In this document: positions 30,309-39,309 of the stretch, one piece after another | Numbering within the stretch: the stretch's first letter is position 1 | Layout: every line of letters starts with the position of its first letter | Assembly (NCBI GenBank): GCA_029555965.1 | Contig: JAKQHY010000109.1 | Coordinates: 862-64,861, forward strand | DNA: 64,000 bases | Source of the DNA: Chloroflexota bacterium | GTDB lineage: Bacteria > Chloroflexota > Anaerolineae > B4-G1 > SLSP01 | Reading direction: 5' to 3' | Position numbers and translations under genes: made by a program | Notes under the pieces: generated by a model | What the model was told of the DNA's origin: nothing | Database searches by the model: none | What the model saw: only the letters and a program-made list of their open reading frames with translations

Positions 30309-33300
30309 ATGGCGGGTTCATTGGTTTTACTTCGCCGCTGCCTGCGGGCAGCGGGCCAGGGACTCCTGGCGCTGGCGTTTTTGGTGGGGGACGCGCCGCT
30401 TGCGCCCAGCCCAAATCGTTCTATACCTTCTTCAGCAGGATTTCTTCAAAATGGCGTGACGGTCGCGGGAACGGTTCAGACAATCCCCTCTGCTGTAACC
30501 ACGTCCTCCCCATTCCCGTTCGAGCCGGTCGCTCCCGAACCGCCGTTGGCTGTGGGACTGCCTCTAGCCGCTGTCGGCAAATTGGAGCTGACGGAGAAGC
30601 GCACCGTGGACAGCGCCACCTTCGATATGGGCGACGGCCACTACGCGCTGGTGCAGGGCAGTCGTCCGATGCACTATCAGGATGAAGAGGGCGCGTGGCG
30701 GCGCATTGACCCCGCCTTTACTGCCGTCGCAAATGGCTGGGTCAACACGACCAACGCCATCAACACCGGCCTGTCGCCGCGCAGCAGCAAGGCTAACCTC
30801 ACGATAAATCAATCCGGCGTGGGATGGGAACCGCGCGCATTAGAAGTTGTGAACGCCGCCGGGCAGGTCACGTCCCTGGCGACGCCGCTGCCCGACGCGG
30901 ACGCGCTCACCGGCACACTCAGCGCGGACGCGCGCACTGTGACTTATGCCGGCAGTTGGAGCGACACCGCGCTGCAAGATCGGTGGGAAAGTGCCTACGG
31001 GCAGGCGGCGTACAGCTTGAAAATAGACAAAGCCCTGACAGGCTTCGGAAGCCGGTCGGGTTTTGTGGACTTGCGCGTGACCCTGCACCTCTTCCCCGGC
31101 ACGCAGCTTCAGATCAACGGCCGGCCGCTCGATCCGGCGGAGCTGCCGCTGGAAACCCGCGACGAGCTGGCCTTCGTGAACGCGCAGGGCGAGACGCTCT
31201 GGCTGCAACCGCCTTCGGCTTATGAGGAAGGCAACCCCGCCGCGCGCGTCGAGGGCCGCTACACCCTGGCCGCCGGGACCGACGCCAGCACGGTCGAACT
31301 CGCGGCGCGCATCCCCAGCGAGTGGCTCGCTGCCGCCGACCGCCAGTACCCTGTCGTGCTTGATCCGGTGTTCCAGGTGCGCACCGGTACGGTTGTCCGG
31401 CGCGCCCGGTATCACAACGATGGGAGCTTTTGGGGTAACGACAATGTGACCACGCCCGAATTGGGGCAGTTTCTCGACGGGGTGGTGCGCATCATGGTCA
31501 AGTTCGCCCTGCCGATGATGCCGCCCAACACGGTCATCAACAACGCTTACCTGGTGCTGGCGCCAACCGACATCAACTACGCCACACGCAACTATTTGAC
31601 CGTGGGGGCGGCGGCTTACGCCTTGAGCAACGATACCTGGATCAGCAGCGGCTCCGTGGAGCCGCAATACGAGGCCACCGCGCTCTCCCCCATTGGCGAC
31701 TCGACCCTCTCCTACAGCCGGGGCAACCTGGAGAGCTTTGACTCGGTGACGTGGGACGTGACCGCCCTGGCGCAGTCGTGGGCGCCGACGGCACTGAACC
31801 CAGGCGGCACCAATTACGGCGTCATCCTGCGCCAGACGACCGAGTTTTGCAACGATTGGTCGCGCCCGGATTGCGGCGGATTCTACGTCGCCGACCAATT
31901 CACCAAAGACGACCTGCGCGACGTCGAGGCTTTTTACACCAGGGAAACCGGCGAGTACACCCCCCCACCGCGCGGCGGTATCCGGCTGGTGGTGATCTAT
32001 TCAGGGCCTACCCTGAACGAAGGGCAATTGATCACCGGCATTGCTGGCGGCCTGAGCAATCCCCTCAGCAACGATCCCTACTTCCATGTGGATCACGAAT
32101 ACCGGCTGCAAGCCCTGCCGAGTCACTGGCAGGCGGCGGTGGCGCGCGGACTCGACGGCACCTTCGGGCCGAACCCGCCGACCAATTATAACGATCTGTA
32201 CGGTCAAGACCTGGGCGGCAGCGTATTGATGGACCTCTACGACACGGCGGATACGGCGCAGACGATGGATCCGCCCCAGGCCAGTGGCTTGAGCTACATT
32301 CTCCTGAATGGGCGCGGCGCGGCGGGTCAGCAATACCGGCTGCGCGTCCCACCCAACACCACCAGCGCCCCGCCCAACGGCTACGATATACAGGTGATCG
32401 GCGAAAAGGCCGACCTCACCGTGCCTATCAACAGCAGTACCGTGATCACCTACACCTGGAATGGCGCAGGCTTCGATACCCACGACCCGCTGGCCCTGTG
32501 GAATATCAACTTACCCTCCGGGAGCCATGCCCGCGTGGACATTGACATTCTGGCTCACAATCACCAGGATAGCGGGAGGCATCCCATTCCAGGCACCTAC
32601 GACTATGCGCGCGGCTTTGCGGGGCAGTTGTACCTCTCCGGGGCGGCGTACCGGGGCGCGAGCGGCAGCTTCAGGCCGATGAAGAGCAACGTCAATCCGA
32701 CGGATACGGCCATTCCCGACGGCAGTGTGCGGTTGACCAGCGGCACCTTCACCGCCGGGTACGTGCCCTACGCGCTGGCGCTGACCTATCTGGGGCCACA
32801 AATGACGATCTATACGTGCCTGGGCGGCGGCGAATTCTGCTCACCCCAGGTCGCCCACCTTAAGTTCACCTATCGCGTGCGCGTCACGGCCTGCTCCGGC
32901 GACACGTTCCCCACGCGCAGCGGCGTTTGCCAGGAAATCAAGTGTCCCACAACCGCCTTCCCACCTTCCGGGCGCGTCGCCAATGTCATGGGAATGCAGT
33001 TGTGGAGCGAGAACGGCTGGACCAGTGGACAAAACAATGACGGCCCCGCGCCGTTGATCGGCGCCATGAACGAGGTAGCCCCGACGGTGGCCGTGGTCGG
33101 CGGCAAGATTACCTACGACGCCAGCGCGTTCACGATTGACGCTGACAGTGAAGTGATGTTGGTCAACTGCGGCACGCTGGCCGTCCCCACGAACCCCATT
33201 GACAACAACTACTTCAGCGTGTACGCCAACACCGCCATGGAAAGCCAGGAAATGTACGACGAATCGTGGATTGAGCCAACCACCGCGCAAAGCGCCAGCA

Positions 33301-36300
33301 CCTTTAACCCGTGGCGCACGGAGGATGTCGCCGACACCAGCGGCGGAGCAGCCCCCAACGTTTACCCCATTACGGGGCTGGTGTGGAATTCGGTCACACT
33401 GCTGCGGCGGACGGGCAACGACCTCCACTTCACGGTGTCTTACTCGACCGATTACCGGGGATGGCCGGCGCTGCAAAGCACGGTGACGCAGGTGGGCGCG
33501 GACGATCCGCCAGACGTAGCCGGTACGTTGATCCTCGACCTGGGCGAGACCTTCAGCATGGACACGACGCCTGCCGGCGGCAAGGATCAGGCGCGCACCT
33601 TCGAGCTGGTGCGCGCCAGCGCGGCGACGATCACGCAGCCGGACAACCTGGGCGGGGCCAGCAAGCCGGTGCAGGCGGTGCTCCTGGGGATGGGACAAAA
33701 GATCCCCAGCGACCCGGCGCAGCTCTGCATCGGCAATGGGGTAGGATGCGTGGACTTGCGCGCGCTCGACGACACACCTGCCGACCGGCTCAACCCCAGG
33801 CGCCAATGGCAGATGCCGGACGTCCACATCTCCGGCCAACCGGGGATGGTGGTGATGAGCACGGTGGGCAATTTGCAGGTGTACAGCGTGGATCATCCCA
33901 ATATGCCGATGGCGACGCAGGATGTCGGTGGGCAATACAGCTTCGACACCTTCGGCGCGGGCGTCACCGTGGAAATGGAACCATGTGCGCCGGGCGAGCC
34001 GGCGGTCATGGTCATTCGCGGCGAGACGCGCATGACCATGCCCAACATCGGCGACGGCAGCAATCCCGATGGCGTCATCGCCGCCTCGTTCAAGCTGTGC
34101 CAGACCAAGCTGCGCAGCGTGAGTTTCCAGTTCCATTCACCGGTGGGCCTCCCCATCGGGAGCAGCGGCCTCTTTGTCACCGGGATGACGGGGCAGGTGG
34201 ACCTGTCCCCCAACTACACCCAGATCAAGTTCACGCTGGACTTCCAGGCGGCGCAAGGCGGCGACGGCGGCCTGATGAAGGGCAGCGGTTCGGTCCTGAT
34301 TGACACACGCGGCTACTTCGAGTTCTCCGGCGCGGGCAAAATCCTGGGCGTGCTGAACGCCTCTGGCAAGCTGTGGGTTGCCTGGACCCCGCTCGACCTC
34401 GGCTTTGAGATGAACGTGAGCTACTCGGACTGGCTGACCGGTATGGCGCGGGCGCACATGTGGGAGGGGCAGGGCTGGCAGCATCGCTATCCCTGGCTGC
34501 CCGACAACGACGAGCGGCACATCGCCGCACAAATTGCCGCGACCATCTCTATCGAAGAAGGCGCGGCATTCAGTTGGTGGTTCATTGACATCCCCCCGTG
34601 GGACATTGACTTCGGCATCGAGGTGGCGTTCGGCCAGTTCTGCACGAACAGCAGTTGCACCGGCTACGAGTGGGGCGTCAAAGGCAAGTTCACCATTGTC
34701 GGCTACGATATAGGGCTGTACTACGGCTTCGACGACGGCTTCGACTTCATCCTGGGCAACGACGACCACGTGCTGATCGATCAGTACGGCGGCGCAACAG
34801 CCATGCGCGCTTCCGCGGCGGGGGTGAAGGTGCAACAGGCAGCCCTGGCCGTCAACGGCGTCGCCACCGAGACCTTCAACGTCAGCGCAGACGCGGAGAG
34901 TCTGCTCTTTGCGCTTGGCTGGCAGGCTGGCGCGCCGCAAGTCACCATCCTTGACCCGAACGGAGTGGACGCCGCCACCGGCGCGATGTACACGGTGGCA
35001 ATCAGCGAGACGACCTACAACCGTCTGATCGGGGTAAAACTCAAGCAGCCGACCCCTGGCGTGTGGCGCGCCGTCCTCAGCAACCTGACCGGGCAGGAGC
35101 ACTACAAATTCGTCTACCTGGCGAACAAAGGCGCGCCGGGCGAAGCCGCCAATCCCGGCCACTTCCTGACGCCCAGCGCCTTCGGAGACAATGCCACCGG
35201 CGTCTACACCCTTACCTGGACCGTTCCGCCCGGCACATCCCCCAGCGCCACGATCAGCCTGAATTACACCCAATACTATTGGGTTGACAACATTTCTACT
35301 TACTGGGACGCCGACACACGGGTCAAAGATGTGCCCATCGTCAAAAACCTGCCGTTCAACACCGGCTTCTACCATTGGGATACATCCGGGCTGGTCAACG
35401 GCTACTACGGCATCCGCGCCATTGTAGATGATGGCGTCAACGACATCCCGACCAGGCCCAGTTATCCCAAAGACTCTTGCCAGACGCGGGACGAGTTGCC
35501 GAGTGAGCGCGCGTTCGATACACAACGCTTCCCCGGACTCAGCACGTTTGCCTCGTTCACGCAGACGGTCAATCCAAGCCCGCCAGGCATGGTCGTTATC
35601 ACCGATACCATCGCGCCGGCCGCGCCCGTCAGCCTGACGTTGAAAGGCGTGGATAGTGCAATCCTGGCGCGCTGGAACCCCTCGCCGGAGAAAGATGTGG
35701 TGGGATACCTGGTGCGCTGGGGGGTGGGGCAACGGTGGGGGATGCCTATCCAGTGGCATTGGGTGGATTACAACGAAATGCGCGTGTCGGCGACCGTTTC
35801 CCCTACGGTGCGGCTGGGCGGACTGAGCAATGAAGATCCAGGACTACTCAATGCGTATGGCGTCATGGTCAGCGCCATTGACGTCAACAACAACGTCAGC
35901 GTAGCTTCACCCATCATCACCGCTCAGCCCACCGGCGACGCGATGTCCCAGGTTCCCTCCGCGCCGGTCGGCCCGACGCTGGGAACCATCACGTCGTCCT
36001 GCACCATCTACAGACGCTGCACCAGCACCGCCACCCTGTCGTGGTCGCCAGGCGCGGGCCCGACGCCGGCCAGCTATCGCCTCGTCTACACGCGCCTGTC
36101 GCCCAGTGTGGTCGTCGCGTACACCGAAACCACAGGCGCCGCCCTCACCTTAAATCTGACCACTGGCGCGACGTACAGTGTCACTGTGAGCGCGGCCAAC
36201 AGCGAAGGCTGGCGCAGCGGGAACAGCGCGGGCGTCCAATTCGTGGTCACGAATGGCGTGGACGGCGACGGCGACGGGATGCCGGACGATTGGGAAATGG

Positions 36301-36872
36301 CTAACACATCTCTCTTCAAACCCGCCATCCTGCCGGGCGGCGACGAGGACAACGACGGGGTAACGAACCTGCAAGAATACCAGGCGCAAACGTCGCCCTG
36401 GCAGCAGGATGGCGACGGCGACGGCTTCAGCGACCAGGAAGAGCAGCAGGCCGGCACCGATCCGCTGGACAGTCGCAGTTTCCCGGCGCAGGTCACACAG
36501 CCGCGCCTGGAAATCAATCATCGGATCGTCATCCGCAGCAAAAAAGGCGCGACCGAACAACACACCATGAACCTCTTTTATCAAAACACTGGCGGCGGGA
36601 CTCTGATGTTGGTTCCTAGCAGCGACAGCGCGTGGATCGCCCCCATGATCTTTCATCTGCTCCCGCCGTTCGCGGGGGATGGCGTCCGGTTGGAAGTGGA
36701 TACCAGCGGATTGCAGCCCGGCTTCTACTCCAGCATCGTGCGCCTGAACCCGGCGGCCGGCAGCCAGCTTATCGGCGAACCGCAGTGCATCCGCGTGGAT
36801 ACGTGGGTATCGCCGGCGGATGACGAGATTCCTATACGGCAGCTCTACTTGCCGTTGGTGATGCGGCAGTAA
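30309..36872 (+). CDS. Very large secreted multidomain protein (DNRLRE-like N-terminal region, FN3 domains, TSP3-like Ca-binding repeats, BACON-like domain, YLPLV tail)
   Basis: ATG at 30309 follows AAGGAGG; ADRQYPVVLDP and WDVTALAQSW...NYGVILR; FN3 patterns (LARW...GYLVRW, LSW...SYRL...TYSVTVSAAN); DGDGDGMPDDWE, DEDNDGVTNLQEY, DGDGDGFSDQEE; ends LYLPLVMRQ. Confidence 0.85.
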   Translation: MAGSLVLLRRCLRAAGQGLLALAFLVGDAPLAPSPNRSIPSSAGFLQNGVTVAGTVQTIPSAVTTSSPFPFEPVAPEPPLAVGLPLAAVGKLELTEKRTVDSATFDMGDGHYALVQGSRPMHYQDEEGAWRRIDPAFTAVANGWVNTTNAINTGLSPRSSKANLTINQSGVGWEPRALEVVNAAGQVTSLATPLPDADALTGTLSADARTVTYAGSWSDTALQDRWESAYGQAAYSLKIDKALTGFGSRSGFVDLRVTLHLFPGTQLQINGRPLDPAELPLETRDELAFVNAQGETLWLQPPSAYEEGNPAARVEGRYTLAAGTDASTVELAARIPSEWLAAADRQYPVVLDPVFQVRTGTVVRRARYHNDGSFWGNDNVTTPELGQFLDGVVRIMVKFALPMMPPNTVINNAYLVLAPTDINYATRNYLTVGAAAYALSNDTWISSGSVEPQYEATALSPIGDSTLSYSRGNLESFDSVTWDVTALAQSWAPTALNPGGTNYGVILRQTTEFCNDWSRPDCGGFYVADQFTKDDLRDVEAFYTRETGEYTPPPRGGIRLVVIYSGPTLNEGQLITGIAGGLSNPLSNDPYFHVDHEYRLQALPSHWQAAVARGLDGTFGPNPPTNYNDLYGQDLGGSVLMDLYDTADTAQTMDPPQASGLSYILLNGRGAAGQQYRLRVPPNTTSAPPNGYDIQVIGEKADLTVPINSSTVITYTWNGAGFDTHDPLALWNINLPSGSHARVDIDILAHNHQDSGRHPIPGTYDYARGFAGQLYLSGAAYRGASGSFRPMKSNVNPTDTAIPDGSVRLTSGTFTAGYVPYALALTYLGPQMTIYTCLGGGEFCSPQVAHLKFTYRVRVTACSGDTFPTRSGVCQEIKCPTTAFPPSGRVANVMGMQLWSENGWTSGQNNDGPAPLIGAMNEVAPTVAVVGGKITYDASAFTIDADSEVMLVNCGTLAVPTNPIDNNYFSVYANTAMESQEMYDESWIEPTTAQSASTFNPWRTEDVADTSGGAAPNVYPITGLVWNSVTLLRRTGNDLHFTVSYSTDYRGWPALQSTVTQVGADDPPDVAGTLILDLGETFSMDTTPAGGKDQARTFELVRASAATITQPDNLGGASKPVQAVLLGMGQKIPSDPAQLCIGNGVGCVDLRALDDTPADRLNPRRQWQMPDVHISGQPGMVVMSTVGNLQVYSVDHPNMPMATQDVGGQYSFDTFGAGVTVEMEPCAPGEPAVMVIRGETRMTMPNIGDGSNPDGVIAASFKLCQTKLRSVSFQFHSPVGLPIGSSGLFVTGMTGQVDLSPNYTQIKFTLDFQAAQGGDGGLMKGSGSVLIDTRGYFEFSGAGKILGVLNASGKLWVAWTPLDLGFEMNVSYSDWLTGMARAHMWEGQGWQHRYPWLPDNDERHIAAQIAATISIEEGAAFSWWFIDIPPWDIDFGIEVAFGQFCTNSSCTGYEWGVKGKFTIVGYDIGLYYGFDDGFDFILGNDDHVLIDQYGGATAMRASAAGVKVQQAALAVNGVATETFNVSADAESLLFALGWQAGAPQVTILDPNGVDAATGAMYTVAISETTYNRLIGVKLKQPTPGVWRAVLSNLTGQEHYKFVYLANKGAPGEAANPGHFLTPSAFGDNATGVYTLTWTVPPGTSPSATISLNYTQYYWVDNISTYWDADTRVKDVPIVKNLPFNTGFYHWDTSGLVNGYYGIRAIVDDGVNDIPTRPSYPKDSCQTRDELPSERAFDTQRFPGLSTFASFTQTVNPSPPGMVVITDTIAPAAPVSLTLKGVDSAILARWNPSPEKDVVGYLVRWGVGQRWGMPIQWHWVDYNEMRVSATVSPTVRLGGLSNEDPGLLNAYGVMVSAIDVNNNVSVASPIITAQPTGDAMSQVPSAPVGPTLGTITSSCTIYRRCTSTATLSWSPGAGPTPASYRLVYTRLSPSVVVAYTETTGAALTLNLTTGATYSVTVSAANSEGWRSGNSAGVQFVVTNGVDGDGDGMPDDWEMANTSLFKPAILPGGDEDNDGVTNLQEYQAQTSPWQQDGDGDGFSDQEEQQAGTDPLDSRSFPAQVTQPRLEINHRIVIRSKKGATEQHTMNLFYQNTGGGTLMLVPSSDSAWIAPMIFHLLPPFAGDGVRLEVDTSGLQPGFYSSIVRLNPAAGSQLIGEPQCIRVDTWVSPADDEIPIRQLYLPLVMRQ

Positions 36873-36897
36873 GGGGGCTTACCTTCCAATCCGTGTT

Positions 36898-36930
36898 GTT
36901 TCGCTGGCGGGTATTGCCCGCCAGCGAAAC
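36898..36930 (+). terminator. Hairpin after the large secreted-protein gene
   Basis: GTTTCGCTGGCGGG-TATTG-CCCGCCAGCGAAAC, perfect 14-bp stem. Confidence 0.7.
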
Positions 36931-36990
36931 GACATCTTTCAAACACCCCCTCTGAGTGCGCCTCGCGGGCTAGAATGAGTTCTCGGATAG

Positions 36991-37175
36991 CAGGGTCTTA
37001 TCATTCTCCCGCCGGATGGTGCGCCGCGATACAGGAGATGGCTAAAGCCGTGATTCTTAAAGGGGTTTTGTGGTGACGGGCCAGCGCCCGTCACCACAAA
37101 ACCGCCTTTTTACCGGCGGCTTCAGCCGCAAAATCTGCCCGGTAAGCGTGGGGCGACGAGAATGATAAAGCCCTG
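36991..37175. mobile_element. 185-bp MITE, copy 2 (CAGGG ends, 10-bp target duplication)
   Basis: TIRs CAGGGTCTTATCATTCTC / GAGAATGATAAAGCCCTG. Direct repeat TCTCGGATAG at 36981-36990 and 37176-37185. Same length as, and colinear with, 5646-5830. Confidence 0.92.
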
Positions 37176-37296
37176 TCTCGGATAGGTTTTCTATTGGTAA
37201 TTTGCCAATAGTTGGCTATAATAAAAACGAATTACCCGCGCGGTGTTTTGCCACTACATGGTACATTCACCCTACATTCTATTTCAGAGGCTGTGG

Positions 37297-38454
37297 ATGA
37301 AGACACGATTTTGCTATGTACTGTTAAGCCTATGTTTGCTGAGCGGCCTACTGGCTTTGCCGGCGGCGGCCGATGCGGCGGTCGTCCGGGCCGTCATGTT
37401 TTACTCGCCATCGTGCGGTCACTGCCATTACATTGTCAGCGAGGTCTTGCCGCCGCTGTTGGAAAAATATGGCGACCAATTCATGATTGTCGGCGTCAAT
37501 GTCGCCGAAGAAGGCGGGCAGGCATTGTATCAAGCCGCCATCACGCAGTTTGCCATCCCGGATGAGCGGCTAGGGGTGCCCACGTTGATTATTGGGGATA
37601 GCGTTCTGGTCGGTTCCGGCGAAATCCCCGACCAACTGCCAGGACTGATCGAGACGTATCTGGCGCAGGGCGGACTGGATTGGCCCGCCATCCCCGGCCT
37701 GGCCGAGGCGCTGGCCGCGAGCGCTCCCACGTCAGAACCGCCCACGCCGTCGCCCACGCCGTTGTCTGCCGCAGTCGTTGAGACTGCGCCCGCTGCCACC
37801 GCGGTCGTGCCTACCGCGACGGCGGCCCCTACTATTCCCGGCATCGTTACCGATGATGGCGGTTGGCGCGCGCGCTTTGCCCGCGATCCACTCGGCAACG
37901 GCATCTCCATCGCGGTATTGGTGGGGATGATTGTCAGCGTCCTCTACCAGGGGATCGCGCTGACCCGCGCGCCCGGCGAGGCCGCCCTGCGCCGCTGGAC
38001 GTGGGCCATCCCGCCGCTGGTCGTGCTGGGGGTGATTGTCGCGGGCTATCTGGCCTACGTGGAAACGCAGCAGGTCGCCGCCGTCTGCGGGCCGGTCGGG
38101 GATTGCAATGCCGTGCAGCAGAGCGAGTTCGCCCTGCTGTTGGGCTTCCTGCCCATCGCCGTGCTGGGTCTGATGGGCTACGTGGGAATCGGCGCAGCGT
38201 GGGGTGTGGCGCGTTATATGCCTGATCCGTGGGCCAACCTCGCAAAGCTGGCGCTGGTGGGGATGGCCTGGTTCGGCATTGCTTTCTCCATCTATCTGAC
38301 TTTCTTGGAACCGTTCGTCATTGGCGCGACGTGCGCCTGGTGTCTCACCTCGGCGGTGGTGATGACGGCATTGTTCTGGGTGATCGCCCCTTTGGCTTCG
38401 CCAACATGGTCCGCCTTACGCGCCGCTGGCCGTGCGCCGCAGCCCGAACCCTGA
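37297..38454 (+). CDS. Thioredoxin-VKOR fusion (disulfide bond formation)
   Basis: Signal peptide; SPSCGHC; GVPT cis-Pro loop; P/T/A linker; VKOR CGPVGDCNAVQQS and EPFVIGATCAWCLTS. Confidence 0.9.
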   Translation: MKTRFCYVLLSLCLLSGLLALPAAADAAVVRAVMFYSPSCGHCHYIVSEVLPPLLEKYGDQFMIVGVNVAEEGGQALYQAAITQFAIPDERLGVPTLIIGDSVLVGSGEIPDQLPGLIETYLAQGGLDWPAIPGLAEALAASAPTSEPPTPSPTPLSAAVVETAPAATAVVPTATAAPTIPGIVTDDGGWRARFARDPLGNGISIAVLVGMIVSVLYQGIALTRAPGEAALRRWTWAIPPLVVLGVIVAGYLAYVETQQVAAVCGPVGDCNAVQQSEFALLLGFLPIAVLGLMGYVGIGAAWGVARYMPDPWANLAKLALVGMAWFGIAFSIYLTFLEPFVIGATCAWCLTSAVVMTALFWVIAPLASPTWSALRAAGRAPQPEP

Positions 38455-38512
38455 AAAAATGCTGAAAATTCGACAGACAGTCGAATGAAAATTTAATTCA
38501 AGGAGAATCCTC

Positions 38513-38890
38513 ATGACTGCATTACCCGAAATCGTCACTCAGGCCTGGGAGCAACGGGAAGGCCCCGCTGTGTTGGCCACGGTGGACGCCGCCAGCGTCC
38601 CCAACGCGATCTATGCCACTTGTGTCCGCCTTGTTGGGGCGGATACGCTGGTGGTGGCCGACAACTTCTTCAACAAGACCCGCGCGAACATCCTGGCGGG
38701 CAGTCAGGCCGCGCTGTTGTTCATCACCAAGGAAGGCAAAGCCTACCAGGTGAAAGGCCGTATTGAATATCACACGGCAGGGCCGGTGTTTGACGAAATG
38801 AAACAATGGAACCCGGCCAAACTGCCGGGTCACGCCGCCGCCGCCCTGAAAGTGGAGCAGGTTTTTGCGGGCGGCGAACAACTGGCCTGA
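38513..38890 (+). CDS. Pyridoxamine 5'-phosphate oxidase-like FMN-binding protein
   Basis: VLATVD..VPN, VADNFFNKTRANI, YQVKG. Confidence 0.88.
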   Translation: MTALPEIVTQAWEQREGPAVLATVDAASVPNAIYATCVRLVGADTLVVADNFFNKTRANILAGSQAALLFITKEGKAYQVKGRIEYHTAGPVFDEMKQWNPAKLPGHAAAALKVEQVFAGGEQLA

Positions 38891-38912
38891 AAAGGTCAAA
38901 TCATTTTTCAGC

Positions 38913-38950
38913 CAGCATCGCCGCCGGTCTGATGACCGGCGGCGATGCTG
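38913..38950 (+). terminator. Strong hairpin downstream of the FMN-binding protein gene
   Basis: CAGCATCGCCGCCGGTC-TGAT-GACCGGCGGCGATGCTG, perfect 17-bp stem. Confidence 0.7.
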
Positions 38951-38979
38951 ATCTTCTGCGCGGTCGTTATATGCGGCTT

Positions 38980-39117
38980 TGCCGCGCATTTCCCCCAAGG
39001 ACGTCCCCCCGGCTGTCTGCACTGTGGGCTACCGCCCGTCGCCGCAAAACAGCCTTTTTCCCGGCGGCTTTGGCCGCAAAATTACCCCGGTGGAGCATGC
39101 CCGCCTAGAAAGCCCTG
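38980..39117. mobile_element. Degenerate right-hand remnant of the CAGGG-MITE family
   Basis: gggctaccgcccgtcgccgcaaaacagcc...ggcggctttggccgcaaaat...aaagccctg matches the 3' half of the 185-bp MITE. Confidence 0.65.
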
Positions 39118-39309
39118 CTGTCGAGTTGGTTCGTTTGTATGAGTAGTGTATACTGCTGTTTCAAAGAAAGCTCACTCTACCCCGTGTGGCTTTGCGGCAG
39201 TTCTCGTCCGCAACAAAGGCCACGAGGGCCGACGTGAGTTCTTGTTGTTTATGGGCGCGGCGGGCGCCCAGGCACCTTTTCAATCGAGAATCAATTTAAG
39301 GAGGGACCG

